NCBI RefSeq assembly: GCF_032444005.1
Contig: NC_091288.1
Span: 203,546,001-203,610,000 of the forward strand
Origin: Ranitomeya imitator
Lineage: Eukaryota
Direction: 5' to 3'
Length of the DNA stretch: 64,000 bases
Shown: positions 25,809-37,036 of the stretch, piece by piece
How the letters are laid out: each line of letters opens with the position of its first letter
Position numbering within the stretch: position 1 is the first letter of the stretch
Notes under the pieces: generated by a model
The model's input: the letters and a program-made list of their open reading frames with translations, nothing else
What the model was told of the DNA's origin: nothing
Database searches by the model: none
Translations under genes and position numbers: made by a program

Positions 25809-26410
25809 GGCAGCAGCGGCTCAGTATTACGGTATCAGGGGCAGTAATAGGGTCACATATGGCAGCAGCGGCTCAGTATTGGGGTATCAGGGGCAGTAAT
25901 AGGGACACATATGGCAGCAGCGGCTCAGCATTGGAGTATCAGGGGCAGTAATAGGGACACATACGGCAGCAGCGGCTCAGTATTGGGGTATCAGGGGCAG
26001 TAATAGGGTCACATATGGCAGCAGCGGCTTAGTATTGGGGTATCAGGGGCAGTAATAGGGACACATATGGCAGCAGCGGCTCAGTATTGGGGTATCAGGG
26101 GCAGTAATAGGGTCACATACGGCAGCAGCGGCTCAGTATTGGGGTATCAGGGGCAGTAATAGGGAAACATATGGCAGCAGCGGCTCAGTATTGGGGAATC
26201 AGGGGCAGTAATAGGGTCACATACGGCAGCAGAGGCTCAGTATTGGGGTATCAGGTGCAGTAATAGGGTCACATACGGCAGCAGCAGCTCAGTATTGGGG
26301 TATCAGGTGCAGTAATAGGGTCACATACGGCAGCAGCAGCTCAGTATTGGGTATCAGGTGCAGTAATAGGGACACATACGGCAGCAGTGGCTCAGTATTG
26401 GGGTATCAGC
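25809..26410. repeat. 52-bp minisatellite, about 11.5 copies
   Basis: GGCAGCAGCGGCTCAGTATTGGGGTATCAGGGGCAGTAATAGGG(A/T)CACATA(T/C) units with period 52. Confidence 0.95.
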
Positions 26411-29400
26411 AGGATGAGGAGTTGGTGCAGGTTGGGAATAGATGGTGATGGCTGGAATGTGAGGAGAGAAATATATTTTTGTTGTATTCTCTGCAAACGA
26501 GTCCTGGCTGGAAGAAGTTGTCATGTCGGTCTGGGCCAGATGGAAAAGATGGGAATAGTGACTACTCCATCAGAAAGGACGTCAGCGGTTAGTCATTATC
26601 TGTAACTGTGCAGGGCTGGTATTTACCACTGACCATATGGCGGTAATATCCATGTTGGTCTTTATATAGAGATTATCTTCAGTAACAGCACGGTCATTTG
26701 CTGAGGTTCTCCTCCACTATTAGATCGCGTCACCCAGTTGTAATCAAGGTTACCTGGTTAAAGGCCTACTCAGAAGTTTCGCCCCTCCTGAACCAAAACC
26801 CTAGCTACACCTCTGGTCCCAGGAGCCATTTTCCAACACCACAACCCCAGGCTACATGTTTCTTGTGCTTCGGCGAGCCATCTATAACGTGCTCCCAAGG
26901 CTGCAGCGTCTCCCATCGAGCACATCTGAGACGTCATTGGACGGTGATGATTACACAGGAGCTGCCAGCAGCGGATCTTGATGATTTGCCCAAACGCTTT
27001 CAGGACACCAAAGCATTCCTCAGACGACCATTATTAACCTCAGTGATGGCCGCCAAGGCTGTAAGTACTGGGATTTTTTGAACGTGAATCATACTCCATA
27101 CTGAATAAATTGAGATGTTCTGAATATTATGTTTCCATGTTTTCAGCATTTGAACATCAATGAAGTCTCCATTCTGTGATTTCCATAATTCCAAAACTTT
27201 TCCTTCTTGGTGATGCAATTTCAATGTCTTGCTTTTTTTCCATATTGGGCCCTTAGTTAACATTTGGCGTAACATTGCCCTAATAGCCTCATACAATCCC
27301 CATAGAAATCCCACTGTCTGTGAGCCATGTATATTATGCACTATTATACTGACTGTAGAAATCCATCACATTCCTGAATCTATCACCATTATTGATTTGT
27401 CTGCTGTTGGCAGAGCGTGGAATTTCCATGGCGTCACGTTTTCTGAAATTATTACCTGGAAAGTGTCTCCTCAGTGAGGTGAAATGCCGGTGAAAAGAGG
27501 GAGCTCCTGTCCACAGACAGCCTACTGACGGGTGAGCACGGTGGGACCGTAGTTATGTCTTATAGTCCTAATTTGGGGTACAGAACTAAACACATCTACT
27601 AGGGATATGTAATGTTGCCAGTAGGGGGTATAAGTGAAAGTCAGGGGTCTGGTGGTGACCGCCCAAGAGAGGCATGAAAATGGGGCTAACACTCGGGTTG
27701 CAACTGCGGAAGTCAAGTTTTACAGAGGCACAAAGGAGTTTTCCATTATTTTGACAAAGTTTTTCTAGGAGAAGCCACTTCAAAAGGTCTTTTTTTCTAA
27801 AGCGGCTCATCCAGCGGCTTTGCCAAAGCATTTTTTTCTGTACTATCTACTATAGTGGAGAGCAAGTGGAAGCCGCCTGGAGATTGACCACGCTACGTCC
27901 TTTAAGGGGTTCATAGTTTACAAAACAAAAAAAACTGAATACGTGCACAGCAAGTTGTTTTTACATTGTTGTGCACTATGCTAATTTTTTGCTTTGGTTT
28001 CGAGTTGCTTTTTCAGGAGGATTTTCTCAGGAATCCGCCTGAAAAAGCAACTCGAAACCATCGTAAAAATACGTCACGCGCACATGCCCTATACCATAAA
28101 GAAAGAAGGGCTACTTACCACTTCAGTGGTCCAACACTCTAGCATTGCCACGTTGGTGGTCTCCGCCAGGACAGGAAGCAATTATGTAGTGTCCATTATT
28201 CACCTGAAGCTAAGGAAGCCAAAAGCGACGACGTCCCAACCCCATTATGGATCCAACCTATGTTTGCATGGATTTTTTTTCCTAGATACTCCACTGTCCT
28301 CTCACTTTCCAAAAATGGCCACAAAAGATATCTGAACTTTAATTAAATGGCCAATTTTTATTCCAATCCCGTTGTGAGCACCAGTGATGATACAAACAAT
28401 AAAAAATGCAAAAAAAAAAGTATGTCTATATACAGTAAGGGGATTATAAAAGCGACAGATTGATTATTGTCCCGTAACAATCCCTAGTGATGTAATAGCA
28501 TTGGTTGTCGCTGAATATCTGGGCGTATTGAGCAGAGGTGTGACGATGCTCCCAGATTCCATCATTAGGGCGGTAATACTTGTCATACTAGTAATATCTG
28601 TCTGCCAGAGCATTGTCCTCCTATACAGGTGTGCTCCGAACCGCAGAGCTGCCTGGAAGGGTGTACGGGGAGAGCAATAGCATCAACAATGATTAATAGC
28701 CAAGGATTTTTGTTGTGATGTGCCGGTGATTATCTAATCATGACATGTGCATAAATGACTGTCGCTCACAAGTATGATAAGTGCCAGGACATACCGATCG
28801 TCGTGCCCATACGTATCAGAATGATATGGCGGCTTTCTAGGTTTTGTTTACTTGCGCTCGCTTGAAAACCATGAGCACTTCCGCTATAAATTAGCGTGAC
28901 TAACCCTTTTGTGATTTCTCATGATCAAAAGCAAAGAAATAAAGAGACCCCCATCAAAAAATCACCCTATTTATATAATATTATAAAAAAAAATGATGTT
29001 AACCCTGCTGTTGTCTTCGGTCAAAAATGACCGACCTTGAACTTCAATATTCTTTAAAAATATTCAAGATGCGGCTCTGAAACCCGTGGCCGACCGACCC
29101 ATCCTCATTTAAGTCAATCAACCACAAGTTTCAGAACCGCATCTTGAACACCCCCAAAAATACCAAAGTTCAAAATCGGTCTCCCCAGACCGAAGATAAC
29201 AGCAGGGTTTTTAAAAGGGTAATTCTTATAATTGTGAATGGATAAGATCGCAAAGTGCTTGTAAAAGCAGCAACCTTGCATTGTACCTCTTATTAAAAAT
29301 TCACTCCGTTCTCAAGATCAGAAGGATTTTTAATTCTAAAGTTTACAGCTTATTGCCTAGGTTACCCGCCGCTTCTGCAGTCTATCAGTGGTGGCCGAGG

Positions 29401-29593
29401 GTAGCGCTTGCAAGTTCTATGCTACAGAGCTTGTAAGCTCAGCTCTGAAGCTGGAAGGATCACAGGTATTTTTTTTAATGCTTTTGGTGATTTTTAGGTT
29501 TGCTTGTCCAAATATAGTATGCTCTAAGTATGGCATTTTGTTTATTAATCTCTATAGGGGAAAAAAATACAAAATACGGAGTAATAAAGACAG

Positions 29594-29682
29594 AAAACAT
29601 TGTAATTTATGCTGTTATGTACCTCTCTCTGGACCCTCAATCGCCACTCAGCGGTCGGGACATCCAGTGGCTCATACCGGAT
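29594..29682 (+). pseudogene. Candidate decayed DNase I-family exon (exon 6 equivalent)
   Basis: Encodes C-C-Y-V-P-L-S and, after a frameshift, S-G-R-D-I-Q-W-L-I-P-D. 29654-29682 matches 43384-43412 at 23/29 nt without gaps. Confidence 0.35.
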
Positions 29683-30027
29683 ATAATTTCTATTTCTTGG
29701 ATGCAGGTTCTTTAAAAAAAAAAAAATCCTTCATTGCCTGACAAAAGAACTTTTCAGTTTTCCTCTCCTGTTTTCTACATACTTCTCTCTCCTCCACCCT
29801 TTCCTTACGCTTCTGTTGATGTCATCCGGTGACATACGTATGTTTGTGTCCTTCTGCTTTTACACACTCATATATTTTACAAGAGTCACTACGCCATATA
29901 ATTATCCCTTCATTATTCATTTCCCAATGATCCTTATATCTTGGGATCTTTGGGATTAATTTAGGAATTATTTAACAGGTTCTTTAAAAAAAAAAAAAAA
30001 AAAAAAACCTTAAAAATGTCACAGTTA

Positions 30028-31550
30028 CAGAGTCATGGCCAAAAGTGTTGTTCCCGTAAATGAGGTATTTCTCACAGAAAATTATTGCAATCATACATTT
30101 TTGGTTATATTTCCTTTTGTGTGTATTGGAACAACACAGAAAAAAAAAATGAGAAAGAGGGCAAATTGAACATAATTTCATACACAACACCCAAAATGGG
30201 ATGGACAAAATAGTTGGCACTTTTCCAAAAAACAAAAACTTTGTTTCAAGCATGTGACACTCGGTCAAATTCACCTGTGGCAAGTAACAGGTGTGGGCAA
30301 TATAAAAATTACACCTGAAACCATTCAAATTCACCTGTGGCAAGTAACAGGTGTGGGCAATATAAAAATTACACCTGAAACCAGATAAAAAGGGGAGAAG
30401 TTGACTCAATCTTTGCATTGTGTGTCTGTGTGTGTCACATTATCCATGGAAAACAGAAAGAAGAGAACTGTCTGAGGACTTGAGAACCAAAATTGTTGAA
30501 AAATATCAACAATCTTAAAGTTACAAGTCCATCTCCAGAGACCTTGAGGTTCCTTTGTCCACGCTGCGCAACATAATAACATTTTTTACAACCCTTTACA
30601 CTGTAGCTAATCTCCCTGGATGACAGAGAACAGAGTTGCAATGCAGGATAGTCCGGATGGTGGATAAGCAGCACTAATCAAGTTCCAAAGACATTCAAGC
30701 TGTCCTGCCGGATCAGGGTGCATCAGTGTCAGCGCGGACTAGCCGTTGACATTTGAAAGAAATGAAACACTATGGCTGACTCTGCTGACACAGAGATATA
30801 AAAAAGCTAGACAGCACATTGCCAAAACGTATGTGAGTAAGCCAAAATCCTTCTGGGAAAGTGTCTTGTGGACAGTTGAGAGCAAGATAGAGCTTTTTGG
30901 TAAAGCACATCATTCTACTGTTTACCGAAAATGGAATGAAGCCTACAAATAACAGAACACAGTACCTACAGTCAAATATGGTGGAGGTTCAAAGATGTTT
31001 TGGAGTTGTTCTGCTGCCTCGGGCACTGGGTGACTTGACTGTGTGCAATGCATCATTAAATGTGAAGATTACCAAAGGATTTTGGGTGGCAATGTAGTGC
31101 ACAGTGTCAGAAAGCTGGGTTTGCATCCTGGGTCATGGGTCTTCCAGCAGGACAATGACTCCAAACATACTTCAAGAAGCACCCAGAAATGGATAGAAAC
31201 AAAGCGCTGGTGAGTTCTAAAGTGGCAGCAATGAGTCCGGATCTTCAGTAAATCCCATTGATCACTTGTGGAGAGATCTTAAAATTGCTGTTGGGAGAAG
31301 GCGCCTTCAAATATGAGAGACCAGGAGCAGTTTGCTAAAGAAGAGTGATCTAAAATACCAGGTGAGAGGTGTTAGAAGCTCGTTGATGGTTATAGGAAGC
31401 GATTGATTGCAGTTATTTATTCCAAAGGATGTGCAACCAAATATTAAGCTGAGGGTGCCAACAATTTTGTCTAATTGTAATAATTTTGTGGGAGAAATGC
31501 TTCATTTTCTGGGACAATTTCAAGGGTGCTAATACTTTTGGCCATGACTG
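30028..31550 (+). mobile_element. Degenerate Tc1 (DD34E-type) transposon
   Basis: TA-flanked TIRs (CAG)AGTCATGGCCAAAAGT ... ACTTTTGGCCATGACTG. Broken transposase with VKYGGGS, WVFQQDND and SPDLNPI remnants, multiple stops and frameshifts. Short internal tandem duplication near 30266-30383. Confidence 0.88.
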
Positions 31551-33081
31551 TATGTTATAAGTCAGTGGACCCCATCAAGCATCGCCCCCTTTTGGAGGGA
31601 GCGGTTCTTGGCCCTCCTATAAAGCACGCGGAGTTGAATTAATAGTCTGTAATATTGTCAGGCTCTGGATGTGTCTAACCTCTGGCACCAAGCAGAGAGA
31701 TGGTGACGGTAAAGCATAATGGAAAGTTACCGAAACCTTTCATTATACAATGATTAAACCTATTTATATTAAAGGGAACCAGTCAGCGGGCTATTACATG
31801 TAGAAATAGTGATGCGGACTTGTAGGTGCTTGTCGCTGATGAAAAGTGATACCTTTATTGCCAAAATCCGATGTGCCAGTCACGAGAAATCAAGCATAAA
31901 AATCGCATGCAGATCAGTCTTTAAGTGCACTGGGGGGTGTCAATGCACTTGAACTACTTACCCCCTAATTTGTATATCGTTTCTACTCTAGATTTTTGAT
32001 ACCTGGCACATTGTATCTCTACAAAAAAAAGGACGACAAGTGTCTATATGGCTATACCACTACTCCCATATGTAAAAATATGCTGCCAAAAGCATCTAAA
32101 TAATCATATTTAATCAATGCCGAGAAAAAAAAGTCACATTCAAGTTCTGAGCTATTAGTAAAATACAATTCTATCAATTAGGAGACTCAAAATATCTGAA
32201 CCTCATTTTCCAAACCAGCATCGGTTATGACTCCATGATAACTTTATGACTTGCTTTTTTTTCATCTTTCTTCCCACTGGAATCCCTAGGTCAAGAAATA
32301 TGTTGCCAACTAAATCTCAGTTCAGGTAATTGTTTAGAATATGCTGTATGTGAGGGATTTCTGATCTCCTGTCTCTATGTAGCAAACATTCAGAAGCAGC
32401 AGCATGGAGGACATTATACATCAGCGCTGAGCAGTGTAGCTGTGAATCCAGCTCTGGGGGAATAAAATAAAAGCACTTACTAGAAAGCACAGATCCCTTT
32501 CTTCTCCATAAACCTTAATAGGCAGCTTTAATCTGATTCCTTAGTGAGCAGGCAGTTATTTTTTTATCTTGAGCAAGACAGATTTATAGCAGTGTTACAG
32601 AATGAATGAGTTCAGGAAGCGGGGAGAGAAGTGGCTCATAAGTGGAGATAGAAGCAAAGTTCTTTGCAAAGATATATTATAAAGTTTCATTTTGCACTAT
32701 GGATTAATGCAAAGTTTGTTGAAGCGACAGTGATGATTGCAGTTGATTTTGCATTATCTGGTAATTTTGCCTCCATCATTTCCAATATTTCCTTTCTCCT
32801 GAAGCGGTCTTCCTCTTACCATCAGCCAATGTAGGTTTTACCTATGAATCTCTGACCAGTATTATACATGCTGGTGCCCTAACTATGGCAATAAATCCCA
32901 TTAGAACATGATATAAATGATGTTCCCATGGACAACATGTTCTTATCTCTGTGGACCTTGAGTTTGCACAGTCTTCTCCTGGGCAGGTGTGACACTCACT
33001 GCTTTTACTATCACCACAAATGAAATTTGGGAGGAGTCGCAGGGCTCGCTGGGTCACCTGTCTGTGTGGGAGGATATACAC

Positions 33082-33187
33082 TATATAACCTGCTGTCTAA
33101 TAATTCCAATGATAACTCTTAGACAGTCTATCATCAACGGCCGGGATCAGGAAGACACATCAGGAAAGCAGAAGCACGCCGTCCAGT
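33082..33187 (+). promoter_or_regulatory. Candidate TATA promoter and non-coding exon 1 of the DNase gene
   Basis: TATATAA at 33082-33088 and donor CCA|GTGAGT at 33186. The coding exon has acceptor CATCAG|AG-ATG at 37034, so an upstream exon is implied. Confidence 0.45.
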
Positions 33188-33784
33188 GAGTATTCAATTT
33201 TCTTCTAATCCTTTGGTACCACCACTCCCATCCTCCTCTATCTTCTGAAATAGGCTTCATCTTCTATTACTCTAGTACTTAAAGGTCTATAATGACTGGT
33301 AAAGTCCACAGTCTTATCCTGTGACATCTCTGTTTTTCTCTTGGCCCCATAGACCAAGTTGGGCTTTGTCTTCTTCAGTCCCTACTTCTTTCCAAACCCA
33401 ACAAGGGTCACGAACTCCTGCCCCAACCAAAGTCTCCTCCCTACTCCATCTCAATGAGGGTCTTCTTCTTTTTCTTACCTTATTTTTCCAAATCAGATTT
33501 ATTTTTTTACAAAAATTTTCCATTTACAGATTGAAATTTGATCAAAGACAGACTTAACAACCCCCCAAAACTTGGCCGACTTCCATCTTCTTTCTCGTTC
33601 CTCTTGGACATTGTTGATGAATTTCGCAATGTTGTGATCTTATTTATCGATTATTGGTACTGAGACACATGTAATGCCTTGTATGGCTGATATATTCTCC
33701 TTCAGCTCCCTAATACTTTATTTTTCCGGTGTACTTCGCCCTCTTTAGTTGATATCACAGGTGCCCCACATTAGCAACTTCTTG

Positions 33785-34850
33785 TGTTCTACTACTGTCA
33801 CCAGAACTATCACTACTACTACTGCCACCTCCACCACCACTACTATCCCTACCACTGCTACAACTACTACTAATACTACTATCACTACCACCACCACTAC
33901 TATCCCTACCACTGCTACAACTACTACTAATACTACTATCACTACCACCACCACTACTATCCCTACCACTGCTACAACTACTACTACCACTACTAATACT
34001 ACTATCATTACTACTATCCCTACCACTGCTACAACTACTACTACTACTATCCCTATCACTATCCCTATCACTACAACTACTACTACTATCCCTATCACTA
34101 CTACCAGTACTACTATCCCTACCACTGCCCCTACCCCTGCAACTACTGATACTACCATCATCAGTACTAGTATCCCTCCATACCACTACTAATAATACAA
34201 TCACTGCTGCCACTACTACTATCCCTATCACTAATACTACCATCACTACAACTATTCCTACCACTAATAATAGTATCATCACTACTACTACTACCATCAT
34301 CAGTACTAGTATCCCTACCACTACAAATATTACCATACCAGTACTACTCAGTACTACTATACCTATCACTGCTACTACCCCTGCAACTACTACTACCAAC
34401 ATCAGTACTACTGTCCCTAAAACTACAAATACTACCATCACTACTACCATCAGTGCTACTATCCCTACCTCTACTTCTACCATCACTACTACTAGAACTA
34501 CTATTCCTGCCATTACTACTACCTTTCCACTACTAATACTATCATCACTACTACCAGTACTACTATCCCTACCTGTACTTCTACCATCACTACTACCAGT
34601 ACTACTATTCTTATTATTACAACTACCCTTTCCACTACTAATACTACCATCACTGCTACTATCCCTTCCTCTATTTCTACCATCACTACTACCAGTACTA
34701 TCCTTACCTCTACCATCACTACTACCAGTACTACTATTCTTATTATTACAACTACCCTTTCCACTACTAATACTACCATCACTGTTACTATCCCTTCCTC
34801 TATTTCTACCATCACTACTACTATCATTACTACACTCCCTACCACTTCTA
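33785..34850. repeat. Degenerate (ACT/ACC)n low-complexity tract with 54-bp sub-repeats
   Basis: Triplet-based tract whose register shifts near 34185 and 34520. Confidence 0.85.
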
Positions 34851-35919
34851 CGTTCTGTACTTTCCCTATTTACCTCCAGCACCCCTGTGCCTACTACCTA
34901 TATATATTCCTCCCTTCATATCTAGTGCTTCATTACTCCATTATTGTAACCCTTTCCGCCCATTACGCCATTACTTCTCCACTACTCCTCCACATATGAT
35001 ATTCCTAATTTCTCTATGTCTGATTGTCATTCTGTTTTAATAGTCCCAATTTATACATTAGTACAGATAATGTCCCTGTAATGCTCCCAGTAATGGGTGA
35101 CCTGTACTCTCTCATCCTTCTCTATTACTCCTAATTTATATCTCTCCAGTACAACTCCTAATGTATGGGTCGCTGGCTCTCCTCTTCCTTGTTCGTGTAC
35201 TAATTTGCAGTCTTATTTTATTTAATCAGAACCCCATAAATAAATGATTAATTAGGTGATATATATATATTACTAGCTTCAGCCTTATCTCACTCCTCAA
35301 CATTGCTTGCCATCCTATTTGCTGAGTGGTTTTGATAATTGCAGCGTGCAGGATGTTATTATGTAAATTCCCGGGTGAATATCTTATGAATCATTAACAT
35401 CATATTATTAGTTAGATATCATTATCAGTTAGATATCACATTATTGAAACAAACATTAATCACTAAATACATAAAGGGATGTTCTTGGGAATTCTGGTAA
35501 GAGATAATTCTGGTGTTCTATTTCATATCTTGTGATGACAACTGTTCATATTCCCTATAGCGCCTCCGCAGGGAAAAAAAAGCATGACACTTTTCCTACT
35601 GAATCCTATGGAGTGTCCATGTAATGTACAGATGTGTCGGTCCTCCAGTGCGAGAGATGCTTTATGGTGCTGCTCACTCCTCTGGCTACTAGATGAGGAC
35701 CCCTTCACCGCAAAAACTCAACACCTCAGTGTTATGAACTTCACAGTTGTCCGACTGCCTTAAAACAAAATAGATTTTAAGACAAACCTTGAAAGAGGTT
35801 GTCCAATATGCAAGTATCCTCTTCATAAAGAAGAGATCTTGATCTCTTGCACCAACTATATCGACCCTTTAAGGAACTTTGCCATGTGATTTAGGATAAG
35901 AAGCCAAACCAGAACCCCA

Positions 35920-35963
35920 TTTGCAGAAACATGTTTCGGTGCGCTTCCCTTCCTCAGTGCAAA
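35920..35963 (-). ncRNA. Degenerate type I hammerhead-like motif within a dispersed repeat
   Basis: TTTGCA-CTGAGGA-AGGGAAGCGCACC-GAAA-CATGTT-TC-TGCAAA. Stem I has 6 bp; stems II and III are imperfect. Confidence 0.4.
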
Positions 35964-37036
35964 GCAGGAGATCTGGTTTGGATAGGTGAGAATCCTCGTA
36001 CTGAGGGTCTAAGTGGGAATGTTTCTCTCTGCGGAGAGTGCCAAGCCGGCATGAGGAGACTTATAGGCTTGGGACTCTCCGGAAGGAGAAACATTCCCCC
36101 TTAGACCTCATCAGGTTGTCCAAGAAATTTGAAGCCATTTCTGGTCACCTGGTAAATTTTCTCCTGCTCCAACACAACCAGTGTGGTTCTATTGGACTTT
36201 CTAAGTTTTCCTGTCGTGATGCCACTGAGACTATGCTCACGAGACCAATCACTGGTCTCATTGGTGATGGTAGCACGGTCAGCACGTGGCCGTCAGTGAT
36301 AAACTGAAGGAGTAGTCGAAACGTTATCACATCTAATAAAGACCAGTCACAACCACCAGAAAATTGTCGTTGGGCATTGGAGTGGCGGGTGATTATTAGC
36401 TATTTTTGTGATTTTAAGAAATGTCCTGCTTTCTGAGTATTTTTTAAAAAATATTGGAAACTTCTTTAATCTAAACTTATCAGCACTTAAACTCTGATTC
36501 ATTAAAAACTGGCGATTTGTCACATCCTATCCAAACCCCAGCTCTACTTTGGCAGAATTGGGCGAAACTCAAAAAATTGCAATTTTTGTGTTGCCCGAAA
36601 CTTTTGCAAAATTTGAAGATGTTTCACGCCAGTAGTCTGGTGAAAGCATCTTGATGAATCGTGCCCTTAGTACCTGCACATTTCATACATGTACATATAT
36701 AGGTGTCCTACAGGTAGCAACTTTTTTACATATACTCTGTCCTACCCCAATGCTGCCTCCCTACCGAAATCATAGGAGGTGCCATGTCCAGCTTTAGGCT
36801 TGTCCTTAGGAGCAGGATAGACTGACAGTTGTCTGAGGTGGACAACAATTTATCCTGCTGTTAATTTAGTAAATTTTCTTTAAATTAAGTTGATTCAGAA
36901 TGTTTTTTTGCTGATCCTCACCGAACAGCGACTTCTACAATAAATTTTGTATGGTTTTATTTGTTTGGTTTATTTTTTTCTAATCTATTTATGACATAAT
37001 GTTTTATGTTTATTGTGTGTTTCGTTCTCATCAGAG

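Noticed and set aside
27000-27341. 113-aa minus-strand ORF
   Set aside because: No convincing motif or splice context; possibly an old LINE remnant but unsupported.
27476-28200. Weak DNase-like words (RE...TG|GTGAGC; NYVVS)
   Set aside because: Spacing and flanking residues do not fit DNase exons 3 and 4; likely chance.
33749-34882. Mucin-like Thr-rich (147 aa) and Ser/Val-rich (375 aa) ORFs
   Set aside because: The triplet register shifts twice and there are no flanking splice sites; consistent with a decayed (ACT)n tract.
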